Shown here in pieces: positions 1 to 8,813 of a stretch of 64,000 nt of DNA (positions within the stretch are counted from its first letter, which is position 1; each line of letters starts with the position of its first letter). Where the stretch lies: contig CAZQHM010000023.1 of NCBI GenBank assembly GCA_964593355.1, positions 83 through 64,082 of the forward strand. Reading direction: 5' to 3'. The position numbers and the translations under genes are program-made. This DNA comes from an uncultured Myxococcales bacterium. Its GTDB lineage: Bacteria; Myxococcota_A; UBA9042; CAIXZC01. The notes below the pieces were generated by a model. That model ran no database searches, was not told the origin of the DNA, and was given only the letters and a program-made list of their open reading frames with translations.

Positions 1-73
1 TGCACCCCCCAACTCCAAAGACCATGCCGCCGGCAATCACAACAGCCGCAATCGAACCAAACCAAATTCTCAT
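1..73 (-). CDS. 5'-partial gene (N-terminus only) of a membrane protein running off the window start
   Basis: Reverse complement of 71-73 is ATG, followed by MRIWFGSIAAVVIAGGMVFGVGGC..., a hydrophobic N-terminus. Its ATG overlaps the TGA of the upstream 67-aa ORF (ATGA). Confidence 0.3.
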   Translation of the reverse strand, partial: MRIWFGSIAAVVIAGGMVFGVGGC

Positions 74-315
74 CAGGCACCTCCGTTGCCACGCAGCATA
101 ACAAACTTAAACCCTCGCACAAGATGAACTTGCCCGCACGGGTTCGGATCCGTTGCCAGGGACCGGGCCGCCCAAGGGACGCATTTCGTGGCCGTAGTCC
201 TGCCAAAGCGAGAACGAAGATGGGCGGACTGCTTGCCCTCCGAAGCAGACTTGCGTACTTCGCAACCTCGTGTCATGACTTGGCGCTGGAAGAACAGTGA
301 ATAGGAGGCTTAGCC

Positions 316-1233
316 ATGGTACGGAAAACAGTCTTATGGTCTCTGGTAGTGGTCATGGGTTTGGCGGGTCTGAATTCGTGTGGAGGGAGTTCAAAGGAGC
401 CCACTTCGGTGGGCGGTGATTCGCTGGGGACTGACGATATTCGTGACGTTGAGGAGAGCGGTGACGGGGCTGCGCAGGACGAGTCTGGAGTGGACGGTTC
501 TGTGCCCGATGGCGACGTCCAACACGATGGCAGGCCGCTGGATTTGGATACGGCCTTGCCCGATGAGAGCGGGACAGTGGACGTTGATTTGGCGACGGAC
601 CTTGACCCTGGTAACTGCGACGCCGCCGGCGGGCCAATCCCGTATGTGCCAGGCGAAGAATATCTTGCGCTTTGTATGCGCGAAGAGTGCTGGACTGGCG
701 TTTATATTGATCCTGCGCCGGTTAGCTTTGGGCCTTACCAAATCGAATGGACGATGTCTGCCGTGAACCCCTTGCCGCCTTGTGTTGAGCCGCATGATAA
801 CCTTCTTATTGTTCGAACCAAATGGCGAAACGTCTTTGGTGATTTGCCCGGCGCATCCGCGATGAGCGACTTGCCTTGCGGCGGAATGTGCTTGCCTTCG
901 AGCGGCAAGGTTTACTTGGTCGATACGACGACAGACAGCGTCCGCTATTTGGGAGATGAGGATCCTGGGGGGTGGGGCGCCGCCATTTTGCCGGAGGCTG
1001 TTAATGGTGGCTGGAAGTTGCAAGTTAGCCCAACCAAGGACTACGTCTTTCATCGGTCAGGGTGTGGAATGGGAACCATGGATGGGTTGCCATATATTCT
1101 AGGCTGGGCAGCGTGTGTCGTGGAGATTAAGAACACAGCGTGCTTGCACTTTCCGATGCGAGCTGACCCGGGGCCATGTCCTGTCGACCAGATCGAGTAT
1201 TTGATGGATGGAGGACAATGCTCCACATGGTAG
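316..1233 (+). CDS. hypothetical acidic lipoprotein
   Basis: Lipoprotein-type signal peptide MVRKTVLWSLVVVMGLAGLNSC, then a D/E/G-rich low-complexity linker and a Cys-containing C-terminal domain. AGGAGG RBS at about 302-307. Confidence 0.6.
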   Translation: MVRKTVLWSLVVVMGLAGLNSCGGSSKEPTSVGGDSLGTDDIRDVEESGDGAAQDESGVDGSVPDGDVQHDGRPLDLDTALPDESGTVDVDLATDLDPGNCDAAGGPIPYVPGEEYLALCMREECWTGVYIDPAPVSFGPYQIEWTMSAVNPLPPCVEPHDNLLIVRTKWRNVFGDLPGASAMSDLPCGGMCLPSSGKVYLVDTTTDSVRYLGDEDPGGWGAAILPEAVNGGWKLQVSPTKDYVFHRSGCGMGTMDGLPYILGWAACVVEIKNTACLHFPMRADPGPCPVDQIEYLMDGGQCSTW

Positions 1234-1390
1234 GTCGATCGGGATGATCGTCCGAAACCCAACGTTCGTGCCCCTTCCAATGGCCGGGACGTTACGCCAC
1301 CGGCGGGCGGACCACTTGATCTTGACCTGCAACGCCTCACCAGAGTACCGTGTGGTCCCAGAAGGAACATGGGGTTCGGAGGAGGTCATT

Positions 1391-2617
1391 ATGGAACGCT
1401 TCCAGGCAACAATGCCGATAGTTTTGCTGGCGATTCTCATATCAACAAACGCCGCAGCAGAGTACCCCGCAGAGTGCCTTGGCATCGATACGCCCAGCGC
1501 TCCATTCTGCGGTTCATACACCGAACCGGGTTGCTGCGACGACCAGGGACGCGTGGTCTGGTGTGAAGCAGGGGAACTCTACTGCATCGACTGCCCCTCC
1601 CAGGACACCACCTGCGGCTGGCTGGCAGAGAAGGGATTCTACGACTGCGAGCAGACAGGAGGCGATCCTTCGGGAACATACCCCCAGAACTGCCTGGCCT
1701 CCTGCTCCCCCCCTTGCCCCTCGGGACAATACTGCGTTCAGGGGCAATGCATGGGAACGCCCTCGGGATGCGCCGGAAGCCTCTTCCCAATTGGCTCCGA
1801 CTGCGGGGCCGTCACCATGGAAGGATGCTGCAATACCCAGGGCATGGTCCTCTGGTGTGAATTGGGCAACCTCCACTGCATCGATTGTATTAGTGTAGAA
1901 AACCCAACCTGCGGATGGAACGCAGAAGGCAGCTATTACGATTGTGGTACCGCCGGTTCGGCAGACCCGGCTGGCCTCTATCCCATGACTTGTGGCAGCG
2001 GCGTTGGCCCATGCACGGCCAACTGCATCGGCAAAGTCTGTGGAGATGATGGTTGTGGTGGAAGCTGCGGAAGCTGCGGAGCCTATAGCTCCTGCGTCAC
2101 CGGCCAATGCCTTTGCGAATACCTTCCCTGCGGCGGCAAGTGCTGTGAACCATCGGCCAAATGCTTCGAAGGTTCATGCTGTGTGCCCTCCTGCGCAGGG
2201 ATGGAATGCGGTACCGACGGCTGTGGCGGCAGTTGTGGAACTTGCCCTGCTGGTTACCAGTGCCTTAGCGGCCAGTGCTCCAACGGCACCCATCCAGATC
2301 CTGAACCCGACGTCGTCTCACCCGACGTCGTCGAACAGGATCTCACCTCCAATGATATGGTCCGCCCGGACAACATCACCGGCAACGACCAGATTGGTCA
2401 GGACCAGTTCTCACCCCCTCCCCAGGACAGCTCCACACAGCCCGGCACCAAGGACACCACGGTGTTCATCGTCCCGGAAGACCAACTCGACTCATCTCCA
2501 GCCAAATCCACCGGTTGTTCAACCTCGGCGCAAGCCACGCCCCTCCATGCCCTCATGCTGCTGGCACTCTTCCTCTCACTCTTCGGTCTTCGGCGATTGG
2601 GCCGCAGCCACTCCTAA
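1391..2617 (+). CDS. secreted Cys-rich repeat protein with MYXO-CTERM-like C-terminal sorting tail
   Basis: GGAGG RBS at 1381, 5 nt before the ATG at 1391. Signal peptide MERFQATMPIVLLAILISTNAAA. Two ~75-aa Cys-rich modules (CxxDxxxxxCG...GCC..QG.V.WCE.G.L.CIDC.....TCGW), then two CGxDGCGGSCG.C repeats and a Pro/Asp-rich linker. The C-terminus GCSTSAQATPLHALMLLALFLSLFGLRRLGRSHS has a GC motif, a hydrophobic helix and a basic tail, as in the MYXO-CTERM family. Confidence 0.7.
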   Translation: MERFQATMPIVLLAILISTNAAAEYPAECLGIDTPSAPFCGSYTEPGCCDDQGRVVWCEAGELYCIDCPSQDTTCGWLAEKGFYDCEQTGGDPSGTYPQNCLASCSPPCPSGQYCVQGQCMGTPSGCAGSLFPIGSDCGAVTMEGCCNTQGMVLWCELGNLHCIDCISVENPTCGWNAEGSYYDCGTAGSADPAGLYPMTCGSGVGPCTANCIGKVCGDDGCGGSCGSCGAYSSCVTGQCLCEYLPCGGKCCEPSAKCFEGSCCVPSCAGMECGTDGCGGSCGTCPAGYQCLSGQCSNGTHPDPEPDVVSPDVVEQDLTSNDMVRPDNITGNDQIGQDQFSPPPQDSSTQPGTKDTTVFIVPEDQLDSSPAKSTGCSTSAQATPLHALMLLALFLSLFGLRRLGRSHS

Positions 2618-2636
2618 CCCGAAGACACGAAGGCAA

Positions 2637-2653
2637 AACCAGTGACCTTCATT
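2637..2653 (+). repeat. copy 1 of a dispersed 17-nt motif AACCAGTGACCTTCATT
   Basis: Exact 17-mer in the convergent intergenic region after the MYXO-CTERM gene. Flanked by a short inverted repeat ACGAAG...CTTCGT. Confidence 0.6.
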
Positions 2654-2783
2654 ACTTCGTCTGCCTGAAAACGCAGCATCAGGCGGGCTCGGTCCGTTCA
2701 CCTGATCGGCGCTGGAGTATAGGCCGACAGAGCTAATCGGGGTGGCTAAAGCTAATTGGGGTGAAGGTGCTGGCCGGACAGGA

Positions 2784-4553
2784 CTAACCGCAAGAAGGAG
2801 CTTCACCCTGCTGGGCGGGGGGAGCACCCTCCAACTGCTGCTTGCAGCCCTCGAAGGTGGGATTGGCACCGCAGATGCCCTGCTGAATCCCGGCGGGGTC
2901 TATGCCCTGGAAGAGGCTCTTGTTGTTCACCAGCCACGTGGGGCTTGCGCTGATATTAAGGGACAAAGCCAGAGCTGCCTCGGCCTTGAGCAGTTCTTTT
3001 CCTTCCTTATTGAAGCACTCTTCTACCTTGGCGCTCTCCAGGCCCACCAGCTCAGCACACTTGGTCCAAGCCGTGTCCGGTTCCTGATTTCTGATGGTCT
3101 CGTTGCGACACCAGATGTAATCCATGAATTTGTAATTCTCCGGAACCATTTTCTTTACGCAAAGTTGCCTGATACTCTCGTCAACTTCAATCTGGCCATG
3201 TAGAGCGTTGAACTCACCGCCCATATCAGTAACAATGTAGTGAATATCAAACTTGATCTCTGTGCCAAAGGCCTTGAGCACGTCTTTCATGGCGTCCAAA
3301 GCCCGCAGGCCGAAGGGGCAGTGGGTCATGACGAAGACCTTGAGGTCACCCTTCTGCTCCGGTCGGCAGACCAGCTTATCCTTGCAGTGGTCATCATCAC
3401 AATCGACCTTGCCGTCGGCGGTATCGTCGATCTTGTTGTCGCAGATCTCCTTCCTGGGATCGTGATAAGCCTCGATCATGAGCAGTTGATATCCCTCTTT
3501 TTTGGTGGGGCGCAGGTACTGGGCAAGCTTGCTGTTTGCCTCGGCATCCTTGGCGAGGGAGTCATCGAAGATCATGGCGGGAAGGAACTCCAGGCCATGC
3601 TCTTCGAAGGCCTTCTTGGCTTCGGGGGTCTCCCAGTCCAGCACGGTGAACTCGAGACCGGGCACCGGCATCTTAAGGCTGTTGGTAATAGGAACGGTGT
3701 TGCAGGTTCGGTCGCTGCAACGCTTGTCGGCGATAACCAGCAGCTTCACCGGGACTGGCTTCGGGAGGTTGGCACAAATCTCAGGGGCTGGATCACCCAG
3801 CTTGGCGCAGATACCCTTGATGAAGGATATCTCGTCCCTTCCTTCGGTCCACGGTTCGCCGTTGATAAACACGGTGGGGCTGCCTTGTGCGCCAGCCTTG
3901 CCAGCCTTCTCGAAGGAGGCTTTGAGCATCTCACGCCCCTCAGCCCCATCAATACATCCGGCCAGCTTCGTCTTGAGCTCCTCGCTCAGCGAGGACTTGG
4001 AAGCGCACTCTTTCCAGTTGTCGGGGAGAGCCTGGAAGTTGGCGTTCCAGCAGGTGAACATATCCATCCACTTGTCGGGGACGTGCTTCATCGTGCAAAG
4101 CTCTACGATGTTGCCGGCCACCTCGGGGTCACCATGCAGAGACTGAAACTTGTCGCCCTCCATGCCGCCGATGAAGTCCAGCTTGAAATCAACATGGTCA
4201 CCGATCTTGCGCAGAGCAGGGATTACGCCATCCAGCACCTGCACACCGAAGGGGCATTGAGACATGATGTAGAACTGGAGCTCAACCTTCTTGGAACCAG
4301 CGGCACCCTCATTTCCCGCAGTGCCCGTAGGAGCCCCAGCGGCCTTCTCTGGCTCTGCCGCAGGGGGAACGGCCTTCTTGTCGCTGGCAGGCTCGGCGGG
4401 CTTCGCCTCCGGGGCCTTGGCCGCCTCGGGCTGTGCAGGGACAGGCTGTGCAGTGCCAGGGGCCTCTCCCCCCGGTGCAGGCTTGTCGTTGGTGCAGGCC
4501 GCTGCCCCAATGAGCAGTGACAGAATCAATCCCTTTGTCATGGTGCTCTTCAT
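2784..4553 (-). CDS. lipoprotein with two tandem thioredoxin-fold-like domains (CPFG motif), function unknown
   Basis: Start re-set to the internal ATG at 4553 (MKSTMTKGLILSLLIGAAAC, lipobox). A/P/E-rich linker, then two homologous ~230-aa domains, each with a [QH]CPFG motif (FYIMSQCPFGVQVLDGV... and VFVMTHCPFGLRALDAM...) resembling DsbA/thioredoxin-fold proteins but lacking the second Cys of a CxxC. Confidence 0.65.
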   Translation of the reverse strand: MKSTMTKGLILSLLIGAAACTNDKPAPGGEAPGTAQPVPAQPEAAKAPEAKPAEPASDKKAVPPAAEPEKAAGAPTGTAGNEGAAGSKKVELQFYIMSQCPFGVQVLDGVIPALRKIGDHVDFKLDFIGGMEGDKFQSLHGDPEVAGNIVELCTMKHVPDKWMDMFTCWNANFQALPDNWKECASKSSLSEELKTKLAGCIDGAEGREMLKASFEKAGKAGAQGSPTVFINGEPWTEGRDEISFIKGICAKLGDPAPEICANLPKPVPVKLLVIADKRCSDRTCNTVPITNSLKMPVPGLEFTVLDWETPEAKKAFEEHGLEFLPAMIFDDSLAKDAEANSKLAQYLRPTKKEGYQLLMIEAYHDPRKEICDNKIDDTADGKVDCDDDHCKDKLVCRPEQKGDLKVFVMTHCPFGLRALDAMKDVLKAFGTEIKFDIHYIVTDMGGEFNALHGQIEVDESIRQLCVKKMVPENYKFMDYIWCRNETIRNQEPDTAWTKCAELVGLESAKVEECFNKEGKELLKAEAALALSLNISASPTWLVNNKSLFQGIDPAGIQQGICGANPTFEGCKQQLEGAPPAQQGEAPSCG

Positions 4554-4851
4554 TCCGCAATCCCCTCTGTGGGTTGAAGTTGGCCTGCTTCTACCGCCGC
4601 AACATCCATTAGGCAAGGGAAATGGTGGAGAGCTGTAGTCGTGGGACGTAGGCCGAGTCGAGGAGTGGGGCTTGGTCGGGAACGAAAAGCGACGGGGCCG
4701 GCGAGTGAAGAAGAAGAGGGAGCGGAGGTAGCTTTCCCACGCCGAACAGGGCGGTTTATTCGTTGACACTCCATCGGCCCACGGGTACCCTTCGCCCTGT
4801 GTGCGGTGGCGTATTAATGATAGCTTGCCGCTTCCCTGGAGGGTGCATACG

Positions 4852-6972
4852 ATGACGGCCAGATTGTTCAATGTAACGGGCTTGGTGATTTTGGGTGTGG
4901 CGGTTCTGGGGACGGCGTGCGGCGGTTCAGGTGACGGAGGTACTTCCGGCGAGACCTACCCTGAAATAGAAATCCTCCCCGCAGGCATCTGCCAGGTCAA
5001 CTCAAGCAACGTTGTGACCAGTTGTTCATACGGGGTAGACCAGTCGCAACTGCTTGTGGGTCAATCGACCACCTTCGCCGTGCGAGTAAAAAACACGGGC
5101 GAAAGGAAAATGGCCATTGAGGATATCGCCTTGCAGTACACATCGCCCGAAGGCGTGCAAGAAGACCCGCCTGCCTTCGCACTGACCCTGCCGGCGGCCT
5201 ATAAGGCGGCTGTTGAGTCAGGCAGCGAGTTCTTCGTGGCTCCGGCTGGGGCAGGCAACGACTCCATGCCCGATGAGATCGTGCTCAGCATAGTCTTCAC
5301 TCGATACGATGAAGACAACAGAGGGGCAACCCTCGTAATTGACACCGATGCGGCCAACGCCCCCTCGGGTAAGGTATCCATCAACCTCAGCACCTCCGTG
5401 GGACCGCCCTCCATTTCCCTGCTTCCCGACCGAATCGACTTCGGCACCGTGGGAATGTCCAAGGTCGACACAGAGAAGGTGACAATCCTGAACGTGGGTG
5501 GGTCGGACCTCCTCTTCACCGGCTTCAACCTCAAAGGAAGCCCCTACTTCTCCGTCCTCGTTGAGGGCTCAGAGTATGCCTCCAGTGCCGCCAGTGCCGC
5601 AGGGATTACATTCGAAGAGCCCATCATTATCCCCCCCCAGAAGACCTTCGATATCCAGGTAGCCTTTGCGCCAAAGACCGACGATCCTGCCACAGGACGT
5701 GTGACGGTCTTCTCTAACGACGCTAAGAAGCCCGACGGTGTGGAAGTGGTCCTTACTGGCAATGAGGCGGTGCCCTGCATCGAGACTATTCCTGCTCAGG
5801 TCAATTTCGGTGCCAGGAAGATTGTCGAGATGGCATCCGTGCCCGTAGAGATCAGAGCCTGCGGTGAAGCTCCGCTGAGTATCTATGGCTTCGAGATGAA
5901 AGAGGGCTCCTCTGGGGACTTCGACTTCGATACCAGCACCCTGGAATTCGACCCGTCCAACAACAATCCTATCGTGGTTCCCATCGGTGGCAGCGTTGTG
6001 GTGAAGGTCACCTACGTACCCGATGTACCAAATCCCCTGGATGCAAACAATAACCCGATTCTCGACATGGGAACGCTGATTATCAAGAACGACGCGTTCC
6101 AGCAAAACTATGAAGTCCCGCTCTCGGGCCTTGGAGTAGAAATCAAGTGCCCCGTGGCAGTAATCAAGTGCCAGGAAGGCGACGAGGTGATTCCTCAGAC
6201 CATCCTCCACCTGCGAGGCGACCAGAGCTACGCCCTGGATGGCTCCACCCTCGAGAAATGGGAGTGGTCCGTGGTACAGCCCGAAGGCTCTGCCTCGACT
6301 TTCATACCCTCAATCAACTTCCCCAATCCCTCCTTCGAAACCAACGTGGCAGGGCTCTACACCTTCTCCCTGGACGTCTATGACAACCAGGGGCTCAAAT
6401 CCTGCGAACCCGCTGTTTACGAGGTAGTGGTCATCCCAGACGAAGCCATACACATAGAACTGCTCTGGCACACCCCGGAAGATCCCGATGAAACCGACAC
6501 GGGACCAGAAGCGGGCTCGGATGTGGACCTCCACTTCGTACACCCGATGGGTGGCGGCCCTGACCTCGATGGCGACGGAAAGCCGGATGGATGGTTTGCA
6601 ATTCCTTACGATTGCTACTGGTACAACCCCCACCCCAATTGGGGAAGCTGGGACCCCGCCGTGAACGACGACCCAGGTTTGGACCGTGACGATACCGATG
6701 GCGCCGGCCCCGAGAACGTCAACCTTGACCTCCCCGAAGAGGACACGACTTACAGAGTTGGCGTTCACTACTGGGAAGACCATGGCTTCGGAAAGTCACT
6801 TTCCACGCTCAGAGTCTACATCTACTCCAACCTGGTCTTCGAGGCCAAGGATGTCTTGATGATGGAACTGGATATGTGGGAGGTTTGCACTATACATTGG
6901 CCATCGGGCAAAGTGCAGGTTGTCGTTGATGATATGGGTCAGTACAAGATAACACCAGATTACATCAATTAG
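4852..6972 (+). CDS. large secreted lipoprotein with multiple beta-sandwich domains and a PPC-like C-terminal domain
   Basis: GGAGGG RBS at 4836-4841. ATG at 4852 gives MTARLFNVTGLVILGVAVLGTAC (lipobox). The C-terminal ~170 aa (SDVDLHFVHPMGGGPDLDGDG...YRVGVHYWEDHG) is homologous to an internal domain of the 25758..28559 protein (TDVDLHVVEPGG...YTVRVDFYEDCDYQG). Confidence 0.65.
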   Translation: MTARLFNVTGLVILGVAVLGTACGGSGDGGTSGETYPEIEILPAGICQVNSSNVVTSCSYGVDQSQLLVGQSTTFAVRVKNTGERKMAIEDIALQYTSPEGVQEDPPAFALTLPAAYKAAVESGSEFFVAPAGAGNDSMPDEIVLSIVFTRYDEDNRGATLVIDTDAANAPSGKVSINLSTSVGPPSISLLPDRIDFGTVGMSKVDTEKVTILNVGGSDLLFTGFNLKGSPYFSVLVEGSEYASSAASAAGITFEEPIIIPPQKTFDIQVAFAPKTDDPATGRVTVFSNDAKKPDGVEVVLTGNEAVPCIETIPAQVNFGARKIVEMASVPVEIRACGEAPLSIYGFEMKEGSSGDFDFDTSTLEFDPSNNNPIVVPIGGSVVVKVTYVPDVPNPLDANNNPILDMGTLIIKNDAFQQNYEVPLSGLGVEIKCPVAVIKCQEGDEVIPQTILHLRGDQSYALDGSTLEKWEWSVVQPEGSASTFIPSINFPNPSFETNVAGLYTFSLDVYDNQGLKSCEPAVYEVVVIPDEAIHIELLWHTPEDPDETDTGPEAGSDVDLHFVHPMGGGPDLDGDGKPDGWFAIPYDCYWYNPHPNWGSWDPAVNDDPGLDRDDTDGAGPENVNLDLPEEDTTYRVGVHYWEDHGFGKSLSTLRVYIYSNLVFEAKDVLMMELDMWEVCTIHWPSGKVQVVVDDMGQYKITPDYIN

Positions 6973-7001
6973 TTGAGAACCTCGGCAGTAGGGGTGTGCT
7001 G

Positions 7002-7787
7002 ATGAAGAATCTCACTGAGCAACTTGCTAAGTGGATGACCCCTGGCGATGCCAAGGCCCTCCTCAATACCTTCACCACCGGTCTCGGCTTTCAGGCCGTT
7101 GTTCCCTTGGGAGAGCACGGAGTCAGACTCTCTTTGTGGCTTCAAAAGGGGCAGGAAGAACAGGTGATCATTCCCGATACCTCGGAGTGTCCCCAGAGCG
7201 TCGCAGCGCTGATCCTATCCAGGCTCGGCTCTCCGGCCGTGGGAGACAGGGAGCAGGATCATCCCGCTGTGGAGGTAGAACTCATTGGCGACATCGTCTG
7301 CGGCGAGTGTGGCACAGCTAACCACAGCTCCTCACTGTTGTGCCGACGCTGTGGCAATGGCCTTGTAGAGCAGGTCAGCCGCAGCCAGGTTACGCAGGAA
7401 GAGGTACTTGTGCTCCTTCACCTGCTGGTAGCTCGAACCCAGGCCGAGAGTGGTGAGCCAGAGCGCGGCCTGGAGGTGCTGGAGTCGCAGTTGGACTCCC
7501 TTCCTCCTCACCAGCTTCTGCTCCACGAGATGGGAATCTACCTGGCGCTTCTGGGACGTTTCTACGAAGCCGCCACATACCTCTGGCTCGCCTCCACCGT
7601 TGAACCTTGGCTCTCACTTACCAGGCCAAAGAACATTGGTCTGCTGGTCAAAAGACTACTCGAGCTGCACGCCAGCTCAGCTCCCGCCGTTGAAGCAGTT
7701 TCGCTGCCCCTGGAACTGCCCCGGCTGGATGAGACCCGCATGAAGGTCGCCCTGGGCGCCCTCAAGCGCGCACTGCAACAGGAATAG
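7002..7787 (+). CDS. hypothetical protein with CxxC...CxxC zinc-ribbon motif
   Basis: The ORF opens with GTG at 6996. The ATG at 7002 is preceded by AGGGGTG. CGECGTANHSSSLLCRRCGN forms a zinc ribbon; the remainder is helical and leucine-rich. Confidence 0.5.
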   Translation: MKNLTEQLAKWMTPGDAKALLNTFTTGLGFQAVVPLGEHGVRLSLWLQKGQEEQVIIPDTSECPQSVAALILSRLGSPAVGDREQDHPAVEVELIGDIVCGECGTANHSSSLLCRRCGNGLVEQVSRSQVTQEEVLVLLHLLVARTQAESGEPERGLEVLESQLDSLPPHQLLLHEMGIYLALLGRFYEAATYLWLASTVEPWLSLTRPKNIGLLVKRLLELHASSAPAVEAVSLPLELPRLDETRMKVALGALKRALQQE

Positions 7788-7811
7788 CGATCACAAACTC
7801 ACGGGGCGCTC

Positions 7812-8813
7812 ATGGGGCTGAAATCCAAAATATTGGGACGGGTGTTTCAGGACAACTGCTTATATGTCGTGCTGGATTCGGGCTGCGGCCAAACAAGATT
7901 CCTCTTTGATTGCGGCATGAGTTGCCTGGATTTCTTAGGAAGAAAAGATATTCAGAAGATAGACCATCTTTGTTTCTCTCATTTTCATTTTGATCATATA
8001 GGTGGATTCGATCATTTTCTGAGATTCAATTTCCACAGAGGACCCGTCCCGGTTCAGCTCTTTGGCCCCCCTGGTGCCATAGACATTCTGCAACACCGCC
8101 TTCAGGGATTCGTTTGGAACCTGGTCGAAGATTCGCCGGGAATTATGAGTGTTTCTGAGATATCGGAGAACTCATGTAAGAAGTCAGATTTTTATGTGAG
8201 AGAAGGATACAAAGTCAGACATAATCAAAACGAAACAGGTCAGGCAGGAGTGATAAGGGAAAATGATGAGTTTTCCCTTGAGGTCTATTTCTTAGACCAC
8301 ATAATTCCCAGTGTCGCATATAAGTTGACGCACAAGGCACATCCTCTGGTAGACGCCAAGGCCGTTGAGGCCATGGGACTCACCAAAGGGCCCTGGCTGA
8401 AAGACCTGAAGAATCCGAAGGTTCCGGACCACGCAGAGTTCATCCTCGATGGCCGCCGATATACCGCAGGCACACTCAGGAGCACCATCCTGCGCCTCTC
8501 CCCAAAAGAGAGCCTCGCTTACCTGACAGACTTCCGTCTGGCACCAGACCAGCTTCAGCCCCTGGCCCATTGGCTCCGTGGTACGGATCAACTCTATTGC
8601 GAAAGCCACTTTCTGGGCCGAGACTCTCAGATGGCCTGGAACAAGGGCCACATGACCGCTGCCGCTTCGGCGACGCTGGCAGCAGAGGCCAAGGTGGGCA
8701 GGCTGGAGCTGTTCCATCTGTCTGAGCGTTACAGAGAGGCAGAGCTTCCTGTTTTCCTAGAAGAGGCTAAAACCATCTTTCCAAACACACATATAGCTGG
8801 CTATGAACAATGA
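7812..8813 (+). CDS. MBL-fold metallohydrolase, ribonuclease Z / RNase BN-like
   Basis: HxHxDH motif (HFHFDHIGG) and an upstream LFDCG motif, typical of the RNase Z/ElaC branch of metallo-beta-lactamases. Its stop overlaps the start of the downstream nucleotidyltransferase gene (8810/8813). Confidence 0.55.
   Translation: MGLKSKILGRVFQDNCLYVVLDSGCGQTRFLFDCGMSCLDFLGRKDIQKIDHLCFSHFHFDHIGGFDHFLRFNFHRGPVPVQLFGPPGAIDILQHRLQGFVWNLVEDSPGIMSVSEISENSCKKSDFYVREGYKVRHNQNETGQAGVIRENDEFSLEVYFLDHIIPSVAYKLTHKAHPLVDAKAVEAMGLTKGPWLKDLKNPKVPDHAEFILDGRRYTAGTLRSTILRLSPKESLAYLTDFRLAPDQLQPLAHWLRGTDQLYCESHFLGRDSQMAWNKGHMTAAASATLAAEAKVGRLELFHLSERYREAELPVFLEEAKTIFPNTHIAGYEQ

Noticed and set aside
73-276. 67-aa basic ORF on the minus strand whose stop overlaps the start of the partial membrane-protein gene
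   Set aside because: There is no RBS or motif support and the composition is typical of alternate-frame ORFs. It is kept only as context for the ATGA overlap.
3240-4520. 426-aa plus-strand ORF
   Set aside because: It is antisense to the well-supported thioredoxin-like lipoprotein gene. It is low-complexity and leucine/glycine-rich, a typical GC-rich frame artefact, and has no RBS.
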